63,896 nt of DNA, filler included, from Octopus bimaculoides (GCF_001194135.2; 8 parts of 8 records of this genome joined end to end with filler, not necessarily neighbours in it); one strand, 5' to 3'. Positions 1-12,389 are shown, counted from the whole stretch's first letter. Program-made: numbers and translations. The notes: generated from the sequence alone by a model not told the origin.

Positions 1-923
1 CAATATACCCAAACTATTCCTTTCCTTTTTATCTGATTTTGATTTTATTTTATGTTTGGACAAAATTAAACATTAACAAAATAATAAAGCATTAAAGAAA
101 AAGAAAATATAATAAAAAAAGCAATACAAACCGACGGAAAACTCTAAGGAATTCTTCTTGATAGTTTCTCCTTTCGCGTCTTTCGGAATCTCAACCCTTT
201 TCCCTCCTCTCCATCTGCTTTTGTTTCTTTCGTAATATTTTATATATTTATAGACCATTTATCTTATATTCTAGAGATTGCAGATAGACAAACCAATAGG
301 GAACCGGTGGTGGGGGGGGGGTCAGCCAAAGAGTCAGGGTACCACCTCTACTATGTCCCCTCTCGCCTTACGTTCTATCCTCCTGTCTCTCTCTCTCACA
401 CACACACACTGCCTGTTCACAGCAGTGCAGACCACTAATCTCTGGTTAAGTCCTCGGTCGTTTAGTGACGACCAAAATTTACTGTTAAGAACACTAGATC
501 AACACTGTGGTATTGACAAATTCTAGAGTTTTGGCTAAGAGTGGCAGGTTCAGTTCCTGAGACAGAGAGAAAAACCTATCTATGATGGACCAACATCCTC
601 TCTAACAGAAGGGTGTGGAGCGAAGGATTTCGATGGTTTTATTGCAATGGAAAAACCAAAAAGCAACTCAAATTCTCTTAACCAATGGAATCTGAAAAGG
701 ATCAACCTTTTTGTTTTTAAAATATTTCCTCACTATTTGGCCAAAACTTTAGATATTCTTTTCCCCTTTATGACAAACCAACATATTTTAAACATAGTTT
801 ATTAATATTGTTTAATCGACTGATTGATTCCTTAATCCATTGACTGATTTCTGTACTGGAGACGCCAAGTCGGCTCTGTTTGAGCAGAAAATACAACAAT
901 TGCTGGCCATTGTTGTTTCTGGA

Positions 924-1244
924 GAAAATCTATGGAATAACAATAAGACTGAGAACATCATAGAGTAATTTTGGCTCTATTAAAATACACCAAACACTGA
1001 TAGATTCAATTTATTTTGGTTCTTTTCTTTCACAACGAATATTTTATCATAAATTCATAATCTTGAAGGATGCTGTACGCGGCCTTTCAGCCTACTAGAA
1101 ATAGCAGCAAAATTTCTCCCAAATCACATATACTATGTTAAATACAGAAGTCCACATTGAACAACATAAGTATTTACACTCAAGTATTTACAGGGTCTAA
1201 AACAAAAATGACAGCAGCAGCAACAACAAGAACAACAGCACCAA
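924..1244. repeat. Copy 1 of a ~320-360 bp direct duplication (copy 2 at 3384-3740)
   Basis: gaaaatctatggaataacaataagactgagaacatc...acagcaccaa recurs at 3384-3740 with substitutions and indels. Confidence 0.9.
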
Positions 1245-1904
1245 TAACTGTAGAATGATACTTGTATAAATTACTTGTAGCTAGAATTTCCGAATGCAGT
1301 TAATGGTCGGATAGGTGTAAGCCCTGCAAAACTGACTTACTTTCACCCTTTCAACCTTTTGAGCTGTCATTACAGTGTCATACACTCCGATCATACGTCT
1401 GGCGCTACATACTTACCAGAAAAATTGGAGCGGTACCATACAGCATCACATATGTTGTAAAATTTTTGACTGGTACAAATATGTATCATCTGGGCCGAAA
1501 GGATTAAAGCTAAACGTATATCATGAAGTGTTTAGTGGGAGATTTTCATGTGATTGATATTTCATAGCATGGATGTATGTAATGAAATGGAGTAACTGTG
1601 ATGAAGTTGAAAATAAAAAAGATCGTAATACTTAAGAGAATAAATACCGTTGGCAAAGTCATTAGTGTATTGGATAGAATGCTTCAAAATATTCATTCTG
1701 CTTTCTGAGTTCAAACCCCATCAAAGTCAACTTCACTTTCCATCCTTTTGGGGCTGACAAAAAAAAAAAAAAAAAAAAAAAACCGAAGTTCCAGTCCACA
1801 TTGAAGAACTGGCAGGACTGTAAAAACATTGGATTGGCTACTTTGTGAGTTTTGTTCTTCCTATTTGTATTTTGAGTTCAAAACCTGTTGTAGCTTACTT
1901 GGCT

Positions 1905-2871
1905 GGTGAGGAATAATCCATGAGCGTTTCTTTTCAAATTTATTTTAAACAAAAGCCTACAACAAATTAATCAATAATATACACTCCATTGTTGTTTACA
2001 ACTTCCTCCCATCGTTCAATAAGTTTTTCGATGCCTCGGCGATAGAAATCTCCAGGTCTTCACTCAAAGAATTCATCCAACCAAGCCCTCAATTCCACAT
2101 CATTATTGAACGATACACCATGCAAAGCGTTCGAAAGCGGTCGAAAGAGATGAAAATCTGATGGCACTAAGTCGTGAGAGTATGGAGGGTGAGGCAGCAT
2201 TCTTTTCGCTGTTTCATATTGACATAAAGGCACCATTTTCCATAGCCAGTGACAATGCGGTAAAGAAAACATTGTTTCTGACCACGTGTTGAGCGATGTC
2301 GAGCGAGCAAACTAGCGGCGATTGTGGAGCATTGATTCTTGTTGTTTTCGCTGAAAACGTGTGGCACCCAAGCGCCAAGTTTCTGAACCTTGCCCATTGA
2401 GTGAAGGTGGTTCACTACAGTTGTTTCTTATTACAATCCATCTGCTCCGCCAATTCTCTGGTCGTTTGACATGGATTTTCATGAAGAAGTTGATTCAATC
2501 GCTCTTCATCGAACCCAATTGGTCGACCAGTGTGTGATCCATCCTTGAGGTCAAAATTCCCATTTTTGAAGCGCAAAAACCAACGGCAGGCAGTACTTTG
2601 AGGCATTGTTCCTTCTCCATATACAGCACAAATCTCACGAGCAGCTTCAGCAACCTTAACACCTCGATTAAATGCAAAAAGTAAATGATGTCGAAAATGC
2701 TCAGTTTTGTCCACTTGGCATTCCATTTTCATGATCTGAAAATACACAAAACTCAATAAAATTAAAAAATCAAAACATTGTCTTGTAGAGCAAAAACTTC
2801 TCGTTTAAATAACAAAACATTTTGCCAATGCGTTTTATTTCTGAAAAATGCCCATGAATTATTCTTCAATC
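1905..2871 (-). mobile_element. Mariner (DD34D-type) element, internally deleted, both TIRs degenerate
   Basis: Minus-strand frames give the HTH region (FRHHLLFAFNRG...WFLRFKNG), WVPH, and HPPYSHDLVPSDFHLF. ggtgaggaataatccatgagcgttt (from 1905) matches the reverse complement of the end at 2871. Confidence 0.9.
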
Positions 2872-3310
2872 NNNNNNNNNNNNNNNNNNNNNNNNNNNNN
2901 NNNNNNNNNNNNNNNNNNNNNNNNNNNNNNNNNNNNNNNNNNNNNNNNNNNNNNNNNNNNNNNNNNNNNNNNNNNNNNNNNNNNNNNNNNNNNNNNNNNN
3001 NNNNNNNNNNNNNNNNNNNNNNNNNNNNNNNNNNNNNNNNNNNNNNNNNNNNNNNNNNNNNNNNNNNNNNNNNNNNNNNNNNNNNNNNNNNNNNNNNNNN
3101 NNNNNNNNNNNNNNNNNNNNNNNNNNNNNNNNNNNNNNNNNNNNNNNNNNNNNNNNNNNNNNNNNNNNNNNNNNNNNNNNNNNNNNNNNNNNNNNNNNNN
3201 NNNNNNNNNNNNNNNNNNNNNNNNNNNNNNNNNNNNNNNNNNNNNNNNNNNNNNNNNNNNNNNNNNNNNNNNNNNNNNNNNNNNNNNNNNNNNNNNNNNN
3301 NNNNNNNNNN

Positions 3311-3740
3311 ATAAGAAAATCTATGGAATAACAATAAGAAAATCTATGGAATAACAATAAGAAAATCTATGGAATAACAATAAGAAAATCTATGGAATAA
3401 CAATAAGACTGAGAACATCATAGAGTAATTTTGGCTTTTTTAAAATACACCAAACACTGATAGATTCAATTTATTTTGGTTCTTTTCTTTCACAACGAAT
3501 ATTTTATCATAAATTCATAATCTTGAAGGATGCTGTACGCGGCCTACTAGAAATAGCAGCAAAATTTCTCCCAAATCACACATACAGAAGTCCACATTGA
3601 ACAACATAAACTTTGATATATGAAAAGAGAAGACGGTTATGATTATCTCACTCAAGTATTTACAGGGTCTAAAACAGAAATGACAGCAGCAGCAGCAGCC
3701 GTAATGTGAACAGCAACAACAACAAGAATCACAGCACCAA
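3311..3740. repeat. Four 23-bp tandem units (gaaaatctatggaataacaataa) leading into copy 2 of the 924-1244 duplication
   Basis: Units at 3315, 3338, 3361 and 3384, running in from a gap. Confidence 0.9.
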
Positions 3741-4020
3741 CAATTGTTGGATGACTTGTTTAATTCTCAACTGACCTGTCTTTATTTCTTCTCTCAAGAA
3801 TTTCCAAATATATTGAATAGCTTGAGAGGAATAATCTCTGCAAGACTGATTTATATCGAACCGCGCTTTATGAAGATGGAGTCTCTAGTGCTGATCTGAT
3901 TACACATTAACGGTTATAAGAACAGATTCATTTGACTGGTATTCTTTTGCTACTAGAAGTTGATGCAGTGGAATGAAGTAACGATGATCAGGTTGGAAAG
4001 ATCAGGTTGATAAAAGAACT

Positions 4021-4322
4021 AGTATTCCGTCGGTTACGACGACGAGCGTTCCAGATCAACGGAACAGCCTGCTCGTGAAATTAAAGTGCAAATGACTGAG
4101 CACTCCACAGGCACGCGTACCCTAAACGTAGTTCTACGTGAAATTCAGCATGACACAGACTGTGACAAAACTGGCCCTTGGAATTACAGGTACAACTCAT
4201 TTTTGCCAGGTGAGTGGAATAGAGCAACGTGAAATAAAGTGTCTTGCTCAAGGACACAACGCGCCCCGGGAATCGAACTCACGACCTTGCGATCGTTAGC
4301 CGAATGCATTAACCACTAAGCC
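4021..4322 (-). mobile_element. tRNA-headed SINE (family C here)
   Basis: Minus strand reads ggcttagtggttaa (A box)...gagttcgattcc (B box), then gtgtccttgagcaagacactt. A degraded relative lies at ~60565-60790. Confidence 0.8.
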
Positions 4323-4349
4323 TAATGATTCCCAACACCACCTTCAAGA

Positions 4350-4890
4350 AGCCAGCCACTCACCTGATAACCTATCAATCTGGTGACCATGCTAGGCAGA
4401 TTGAATACATTCTCATCAGAAAGAGGGAATAATTGTTGCTGAGAAATGCAAAGACTTTCCTGACTGAAGAACGTAGCCCTTAACATAGATTAGTCATTAG
4501 CGACTTCAGATTTCAGGTTAGAAGGATTCCAAGAAACAGACCAGTTTAGAAAAGAAAGATTTGAAAGTTTAAGGATCCTTTGAGACATCCTAATTGAAGC
4601 ATTTGACAAGGAGTTACAGACGTGTAACATAAAGGGCAACTTACTGAGAGCTACCGACCAAATTTATAGCTAGTGCAAAGTCCCAACCAGACCTAGGGTG
4701 ACATGGTGATAGAACAGTGTTGATGAGAAGGCCATTAGAGCAAAGAAACAGGCGTGTAAGGACGGGAATAGTGGTGGTAGCAGAGCACTTTATCGGGTAG
4801 TTAGAAGGGAAGTTAGGAGACAGGTATATTTAATCAGGGAAAAAGTAGAAGGGAAAAAGTTTGCCAATGTTCTACGGCGGGAGAACTAGC
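4350..4890 (+). mobile_element. RTE-clade LINE fragment (end of AP endonuclease and linker), degenerate
   Basis: Translates with stops to HLITYQSGDHARQIEYILIRKR...HRLVISDFRF, the endonuclease C-terminal motifs. Confidence 0.75.
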
Positions 4891-4971
4891 GGCTTGTCGG
4901 GTTTGATCCCAGTCCAAGAATTCTCAATAATCCAAATGCCAGTCCGTCGCAAGGGTTAATCAATCCCTCTA

Positions 4972-5002
<31 letters not shown>

Positions 5003-5519
5003 GATGATGATGATGACGATTCACGCTTTCAGCTGAGATGACTGGTGCAAGGTAAATGAGCTGCCGTGTTAAAGTAAACGACGTGCCACCTGGAGTGAGA
5101 ATCGAACCCACCACCTCACAGTCGTGTGTTGAACACTCTACCTACACATAAAACTATTACTTTATTTTATGCGCTCTTTTGTTTCCTTAGACAGTAAGAT
5201 TTGAGGGATATTTGGCTATGTTTTCTAACAAGTCGAGCAAACGCATTGAACTTTGCCGCTTGTGTGTCTCAACACCCAAGTCTACCCAAGAGCCTAAAGA
5301 AGAATTCCAGGAGAGACAATTCACTTTTGTAAGCAGTGTCTACTTCGAAGAACTAACGCCTATTTTGTTGGCCTGCCATACTGGGTTCAATTCCTTAGAA
5401 GAATCTCCGTAATTCACCAACAACATGGCCCCTGGGTTTGATTCAGACCCGGCCTCCTCCTTAACACTAAACAAACTGGCGGCTGTTGGCAAGGAAGCAT
5501 TTCGTTTTGCTTTACATTA

Positions 5520-6060
5520 AATGCACACAGGAAGTGAGGAGGAGAAGGAGGAGGAGGGGGAGGAGGAGGAGATTTCAGAAGGGGAAGAAACGGTATTTCA
5601 GAATATGAAGAAAATATTTGGAAGAATTCTGAATAAGCTAGATCGTGATGACAACGACGACGACGACGGCCATGACGCCGCCGCCGCCGCCGCCGATGAT
5701 GATGATGATGATGATGGTAGCGGTGATGATGATGATGACGACAGTGACGGGGATGATGGTGATGATGATGGTTGTAGTGGTGGTGACGGGGAGGAGGAGG
5801 AAGAGGAGGAGGGAACGGGGATGATGGACGCAAAAATAAAAAAGCAAAATTAGAAGAGGAGAATCCCCCGAACGCGGCAACGGTGGTGGTGATGGTGGGG
5901 CGGGGGAGAAATAAGAGGAGGAAGGTAGGAGAAAAGGGAAGAGGGAAGACGGAGGTTGAAGCAGAAGATGATGATGATGAACAAGGACAAAAACAAAAAA
6001 AACGGAAGAGAAGAGCCGTGGCAACAGAAATGTGATTCTGTTGATGACGTAACAACGATA
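5520..6060. repeat. Purine-rich low-complexity tract of GAG/GAT/GAC/GCC/GGT trinucleotides
   Basis: Runs of (gat)n, (gag)n and (gcc)n. Overlapping ORFs on both strands are homopolymeric. Confidence 0.85.
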
Positions 6061-6569
6061 CCAGACGACAAAACAGAATTGGAAATATGAGGCAAAAATG
6101 AATACAGAATAAAAGAAAAGCAAGCAACCAGGAGAGATTAAAAGAATGTTCGGTATTGATTTCTTTATTGTTCCTATGATATATATTTGGTTAATCGAAA
6201 TACCTGTCGTAATCATATCCACCCATCTTTCTGTGACTAACGATTGGCAGATAACAAAGTTTATAAATCAGCTTTATAAAGTCTTTTATCATCACATCTC
6301 TTCGTTTTAATCGTTTGGAAAAGTAAATACATACATACACCTTTCATACATACATACATACACCTTTCATACATACATACACACATACATACATACATAC
6401 ATACATAGAGCGACGAGGAGCAGAGCTGGGGTTGGTTTCTGTTGGTGAATTGGTGACTGATCAGGCCAAACTTCACCCAAGAGTGTCTCTGATTACGTGG
6501 ACAGGGAATGATGATCGTAGTTGGAGATTTGGTGTTACTGGTTTTCCTGTCCTGCCTACGTTGCTCAGC

Positions 6570-7386
6570 TGGAGCAATCCTGTGGCCTCGCAGGCTTGCA
6601 TGCTTTGCGGCCAGATGATCGTCGCTTGCTTCTGTCCTTAGCCATCTGTTCCCATGCGACACAACCGTTGATGAAGACCCTCAGAGACACATAATATCCT
6701 CGAAGCACTTTTTCTGACCCCCCCCCCCTCCGGGAGCTCTTTACCTTGTTGGAATTCGGCATATAATAATGCCTTCGGGAGCTGGTGGTCTGGAATGCNN
6801 NNNNNNNNCCCTCCGGGAGCTCTTTACCTTGTTGGAATTCGGCATATAATAATGCCATCGGGAGCTGGTGGTCTAGAATGCGAATTTACATGACCTACCT
6901 TGCAAAGCAACACTCGTGTCAGGATGGTGTAGATGCTGGGCAAACAAAAACGTTTGAGTGCTTCAGTGTCTGGGATTTTGTTTTGCCATTTATACCAAGA
7001 AGAGTTCTAAGGCAGGCGGCATGGAAATGGCTCAGTTTCTTTGCATGACGTTTAATCAAAGAGTAGAGATGTGAGAAGTATGGATTGATACGCTTTGATC
7101 TTTGTTTCTAGGCTGATGTCTTTCCTCCCCACACATTCTTATGAAGTTTGTCAATAGCAACGCTCGCTTTAGCAAGTTTGGCATTTGCCTCGTCGTCAAT
7201 GACATTTCTGGAGAGTGTGCTCCAAAGATACGTAAACTTATTCACTGCATTCAATCTTTGCCCATTGATGCTAATGGTAGGTTCAGCGTAAGATTTTCCT
7301 TGAAGTTGACTAAAGTACGAATGTGCCAGGACATTCGCTGACATTATATTATAACTTTATAATGACATGTTGGCCAGGGTCCAAGA
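6570..7386 (-). mobile_element. RTE-clade LINE 3' fragment (RT thumb and C-terminus)
   Basis: Minus strand gives LNAVNKFTYLWSTLSRN..DDEANAKLAKAS, KLSHFHAACLRTLLGI..QNKIPDTEAL, LLYAEFQQGK..GGQKK and WEQMAKDRSK. Confidence 0.88.
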
Positions 7387-8004
7387 NNNNNNNNNNNNNN
7401 NNNNNNNNNNNNNNNNNNNNNNNNNNNNNNNNNNNNNNNNNNNNNNNNNNNNNNNNNNNNNNNNNNNNNNNNNNNNNNNNNNNNNNNNNNNNNNNNNNNN
7501 NNNNNNNNNNNNNNNNNNNNNNNNNNNNNNNNNNNNNNNNNNNNNNNNNNNNNNNNNNNNNNNNNNNNNNNNNNNNNNNNNNNNNNNNNNNNNNNNNNNN
7601 NNNNNNNNNNNNNNNNNNNNNNNNNNNNNNNNNNNNNNNNNNNNNNNNNNNNNNNNNNNNNNNNNNNNNNNNNNNNNNNNNNNNNNNNNNNNNNNNNNNN
7701 NNNNNNNNNNNNNNNNNNNNNNNNNNNNNNNNNNNNNNNNNNNNNNNNNNNNNNNNNNNNNNNNNNNNNNNNNNNNNNNNNNNNNNNNNNNNNNNNNNNN
7801 NNNNNNNNNNNNNNNNNNNNNNNNNNNNNNNNNNNNNNNNNNNNNNNNNNNNNNNNNNNNNNNNNNNNNNNNNNNNNNNNNNNNNNNNNNNNNNNNNNNN
7901 NNNNNNNNNNNNNNNNNNNNNNNNNNNNNNNNNNNNNNNNNNNNNNNNNNNNNNNNNNNNNNNNNNNNNNNNNNNNNNNATATATATATATATATATATA
8001 TATA

Positions 8005-8157
8005 CGACAAACTTCTTTCAGTTTCCATTTGTTTACCAAATTCACTCGGAAGACTTTGGTCGGCACGGGGCTATAGTAGATAACACTTGCTCAATGTGCC
8101 ACGCAGTGGGACTGAACCCGGAACCATATTGTTGAGAAGCTAATTTCTTGTCACACT
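8005..8157 (-). mobile_element. SINE family A, 5' head fragment
   Basis: Reverse complement of ggttccgggttcagtcccactgcgtggca...aaactgaaagaag, seen in the fuller copies. Confidence 0.8.
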
Positions 8158-8419
8158 TCCTGAGTGCACGTGTGTGTGTGTGTGTGTGTATGTGTGTGCG
8201 TGCGTGTGTGTGTGTGTACGTGTGTGTGTGTGCGCGCGCGCGCGCAGCGTTGTATATATGAATTTGTATGTGTATGAATATGTATGCGTGCATGTGCGTG
8301 TATACATATATGTATGTATGTATGCATGAATGTATGTATGTATGTATGTATAGTCAGTAAATCAGAAAATCATAAATACAAAAAAGAAACACGCTCTAAA
8401 GTATAGAGTAGTGGAATAA

Positions 8420-8924
8420 TTAAAGATATTCATGGCCGGTCTATGGGGTTCGCCAGGAGCTCACGTCCATAAAGCGCTTAGCTTTACGGCGTTTCTTCGG
8501 ACCCTAATGACCTGCGGCTTTTAACCTTTCGTCAAAGTGGGGGAAAGGAAAGACCTCGCAGCTATTTGTTGAATGCACGGACAAAGGTTTGATGTAGTCG
8601 TCTGGTTCTTCTAGGATCGTCCATGAGATTACGCGTGGAGTCCCTTTGTCCTCCATGCGCCACGCATGACTTGTACAAGGACATGACGTATCGTCTCTCC
8701 AGTATCCTGAACGAGAACCTGTGGTTAGAGAGGCGCTGCTTGGAAACCGAGGAACATCTTAAATTCTAGGGCAGAAGTCTTCGGACTCTGCTTACGCTTC
8801 AGCGGATTGCTGCTGAAATCCTGTAACCCACAAATCAACCACGTCGACTACGGATAGCGGTCTAAAGGGGACAATCTCTTGCACTTAGCCCTTCTTTGTC
8901 CGTGCATTCAACAAGTAGCTACGA
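8420..8924. mobile_element. Penelope-like element fragment (GIY-YIG endonuclease region) with an internal inversion
   Basis: Minus strand 8924 to ~8590 gives, with frameshifts, LLVECTDKEGLSARDCPL...KQRLSNHRFSFR...HAWRMEDKGTPRVISWTILEE, resembling the PLE CPL / FKxRxxNH..SF / W..I motifs. The plus strand at 8520-8586 ends in the same VECTDK words. Confidence 0.62.
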
Positions 8925-9024
8925 NNNNNNNNNNNNNNNNNNNNNNNNNNNNNNNNNNNNNNNNNNNNTTAATTAATTAANNNNNNNNNNNNNNNNNNNN
9001 NNNNNNNNNNNNNNNNNNNNNNNN
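8925..9024. other. Assembly placeholder: 44 N + TTAATTAATTAA + 44 N (linker also at 20167, 34020, 38400, 47118, 58876, 61253)
   Basis: The same 12-mer, a stop in all six frames, is always embedded in N runs. Confidence 0.95.
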
Positions 9025-9355
9025 TGGATGGATGGATGGATGGATGGATGGATGGATGGATACAGGGTGGCGCAAGGCTACCATGTTGAGAAAAATATCT
9101 TAATATCTCAACAATTTTTCATTCTGATCACATGGAGGAATGATGTTCATCTCCATTTTGAATGAAAACACAAAATGTCTCGGAAAAAGACTCTCTAATT
9201 AAAAAAAAATCTCCTAAAGAAAACAAAAAATCAAGGGGCACTACTCTTGGATGACACCTATTGTGTGATCATCTCTCTTGGGTTTGACATGAGAAAAATC
9301 CGTTTTGGACGGTGACTTTGTCATCATTATATCATATTAGATTATATTATATTAT

Positions 9356-9715
9356 CGTTAGCACGCCTGACGAAATGCTTAACGGTATTTCGTTTGTTGC
9401 TACGTTCAGAGTTCAAATTCCGCCGAGGTCAACTTTGCTTTCATCCTTTCGGGGTCGATAAATTAAGTACCAGTTATGCACCTCTCCCCCAAAACTCCGG
9501 GCCTTGTACCTAGAGTAGAAAAGAATATTATATTATATCATATTATTGTTAGCACGCCGGACGAAATGCTTAGCGGTATTTCGTCTGTCGCTGCGTTCAG
9601 ACTTCAAATTTCGCCGAGGTCGACTTTGCCTTTCAGTCGATGTAATTGACTTAGTCCCTCTCCCACAAATTTGAGGTCTTGTGCTTCCAGTAGAAAGGAT
9701 TATATTATATTATAT
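9356..9715 (+). mobile_element. Two tandem copies of SINE family B, each ending in (attat)n
   Basis: gttagcacgcc..gaaatgcttagcggtatttcg...gagttcaaatt.cgccgaggtc.actttgcc starts at 9356 and again at ~9547. Confidence 0.88.
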
Positions 9716-9846
9716 TCTGGGTATATGGGATGTACGTATATCTGTGTGTTATTTGTGTTATTTGTGTATGCAGGGAGAGAATATTTCATCCCTAATGTGA
9801 GTGTGTGCGTGTATGTGTGTATGTATAATCGCGCGTATATATAATC

Positions 9847-9897
<51 letters not shown>

Positions 9898-9958
9898 ATT
9901 TCATTTACTTTACAAATGAATAGATTCTGTAGATCTATTCATAATTCTTCAAATACAT

Positions 9959-10175
9959 TACTCTTTTACTCTTTTACTTGTTTCAGTCATTTGACTGCGG
10001 CCATGCTGAAGCGCCGCCTTTAGTCGAGCAAATCGACCCTAGGACTTATACTTTGTAAGCCTAGTACTTATTCTATCTGTCTCTCTTGCCGAACCGCTAA
10101 GTTACAGTGATGTAAACACACCAGCATCGGTTGTCAAGCGATATCAGGGGGACAAACACAGACACACAAACACAT
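9959..10175 (-). mobile_element. SINE family A, 3' half
   Basis: tactcttttacttgtttcagtcatttgactgcggccatgctg... is the reverse complement of the family tail. Confidence 0.88.
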
Positions 10176-10670
10176 ACACACGCATATATATTTATATATA
10201 TACTCACTCCCTGCCTCTACCTACTCTGCCTCACCTATCTCTTTTTGCTCTTCCTCTATTTCAAGATTCTCCTCACCCCACTGAAGAGTCTACATCCTTC
10301 TCCCCCTGCTTTTATTTGCCTTCTTCACCTATTCTACCTTTAAATTCTCTCGCATTATGATCTGAACTGCAACTGCTAGTTGCCAATCTTTCTGCCCTGA
10401 AGAGGGAGGCCGGATTTACGGTAACTTTTATATGCATCCACTACTGGCTGCATATCCTTAACTTTTTACACCTTCCATCTGCTAACATTACAACTGTTAC
10501 GTAATTCCGAGCCCCAGAAACAGCTGTCGGACCTGAAATATCATGCCCCTTTACTGCAATTTTTTTCTTTTTTTTTTTATTGTATTCCATGTAAATTTGT
10601 CCACTAAACATATAAATATGTATTTGCTTATTCAAAAGTGTTGACCTTCTGAATATTTTCAGTTTTTGTT

Positions 10671-10735
<65 letters not shown>

Positions 10736-11330
10736 NNNNNNNNNNNNNNNNNNNNNNNNNNNNNNNNNNNNNNNNNNNNNNNNNNNNNNNNNNNNNNNNN
10801 NNNNNNNNNNNNNNNNNNNNNNNNNNNNNNNNNNNNNNNNNNNNNNNNNNNNNNNNNNNNNNNNNNNNNNNNNNNNNNNNNNNNNNNNNNNNNNNNNNNN
10901 NNNNNNNNNNNNNNNNNNNNNNNNNNNNNNNNNNNNNNNNNNNNNNNNNNNNNNNNNNNNNNNNNNNNNNNNNNNNNNNNNNNNNNNNNNNNNNNNNNNN
11001 NNNNNNNNNNNNNNNNNNNNNNNNNNNNNNNNNNNNNNNNNNNNNNNNNNNNNNNNNNNNNNNNNNNNNNNNNNNNNNNNNNNNNNNNNNNNNNNNNNNN
11101 NNNNNNNNNNNNNNNNNNNNNNNNNNNNNNNNNNNNNNNNNNNNNNNNNNNNNNNNNNNNNNNNNNNNNNNNNNNNNNNNNNNNNNNNNNNNNNNNNNNN
11201 NNNNNNNNNNNNNNNNNNNNNNNNNNNNNNNNNNNNNNNNNNNNNNNNNNNNNNNNNNNNNNNNNNNNNNNNNNNNNNNNNNNNNNNNNNNNNNNNNNNN
11301 NNNNNNTATATATATATATAAAAGAGAGTA

Positions 11331-11884
11331 ATAAGTTATATTAAATCTCTGAGCGAGAGATAAACAGTAACACTACGGAATTGTAAAATATATTTGCTAA
11401 CTAAATGTGGCGGTCCTATAGAGGACGGTGCTACTGTTGTTTTTAGACCCAGGAAGACATCTCTTCCAACTATCCAATGACACACAGTCTGTGTCCGATT
11501 AGTATTTACGAGGGAGGTCATCGATCCCATCTCTAACCTTACGTGATACACACAGACCCGGGTTTCTGGGTGGTTACCCGTCTTCAGTGTGTGTTAATCA
11601 CTGGCTAGTGATAAAGATCTCACTTCACTCGCAAAATACTATATACTTTTTTCTAGCGACAGACTGTCGCTGATCTCGTAAAAGACTGTGTGTCGTTGGC
11701 CAGCTGGAGGAGATGTTTTCTTGGGGCTAAAAGCAACAGTAGCACCGTCCTCTATAGGACCGCCACATTTAGTTGTCAAATATATTTTACGATTCCGTAC
11801 TGTTACTGTTTATCTCTCGCTCGGAGATTTAATATAACTTATGTCTCTCTCTTTTACGAGATCAGCGACAGTCTGTCGCTAGAA
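11331..11884. repeat. Fold-back structure: ~160-bp inverted arms (11331-11490 / 11683-11842) plus a perfect 34-bp inverted pair (11651-11684 / 11851-11884)
   Basis: aactaaatgtggcggtcctatagaggacggtgctactgttg and its exact reverse complement are both present. ttctagcgacagactgtcgctgatctcgtaaaag is the exact reverse complement of 11851-11884. Confidence 0.92.
11548..11594 (-). ncRNA. Minimal type I hammerhead ribozyme motif
   Basis: Minus strand: ACACACA CUGAAGA C GGGU AACC ACCC A GAAA CCCGGG UC UGUGUGU. Helix I is 7 bp, helix III is the palindrome ACCCGGGU, and the cleavage triplet is GUC. Confidence 0.75.
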
Positions 11885-12110
11885 CCTTGATTAAAAGCAA
11901 AAAGAAGATGTCGAAAATGCTCGTTTTTCTTAACTTGACATTCCATTTTAATGATCTGAAAATAAACAAAAATTAACTAGAAAAAAAAAAAAAAACAGAT
12001 TCCAAAATGATTCAAANNNNNNNNNNTTCCAAAATGATTCAAAAATAGAATTCTCGAAAAAAATAGATTCCAAAATTTTTAAAAACCGTGGGAACTTAGT
12101 TGCCAACCCA

Positions 12111-12111
<1 letters not shown>
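11885..12111 (-). mobile_element. Mariner 5' end with TIR
   Basis: Similar to 2660-2760 (gatgtcgaaaatgctc...cattccatttt.atgatctgaaaata). Ends in gggaacttagttgccaacccaat, like the TIR at 35869-35890. Confidence 0.8.
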
Positions 12112-12155
<44 letters not shown>

Positions 12156-12328
12156 TGTACAAGGCCTCTTGACAGCACTATAGGTCCTTGGAAAAGCTTT
12201 ACGCACCACATCATATATAGCTTAGCATTGGGCTCCTAGATTTGTAGGGTACCCGAGCCGAACAACTATGTAAGGTTTCCATGACTTTCGACATTAGTTG
12301 TATAGTCTCTACTCTACTAGGTTTTTGT

Positions 12329-12389
<61 letters not shown>

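Noticed and set aside
5414-6222. Long His/Pro-rich and Asp/Glu-rich ORFs on both strands
   Set aside because: They are translations of trinucleotide low-complexity DNA, with no domain or splice support.
6728-6880. Apparent ~70-bp tandem duplication within the RTE fragment
   Set aside because: It straddles a 10-N gap and is most likely an unmerged contig overlap; the same pattern occurs near 12001-12045.
8969-8980. Recurrent TTAATTAATTAA islands (7 copies) that could look like a spaced motif
   Set aside because: Always embedded in N runs (44 N each side where counted); a six-frame-stop scaffolding linker, not biology.
9061-9262. Possible Tc1-type MITE starting tacagggtgg
   Set aside because: The right TIR is too degraded to confirm.
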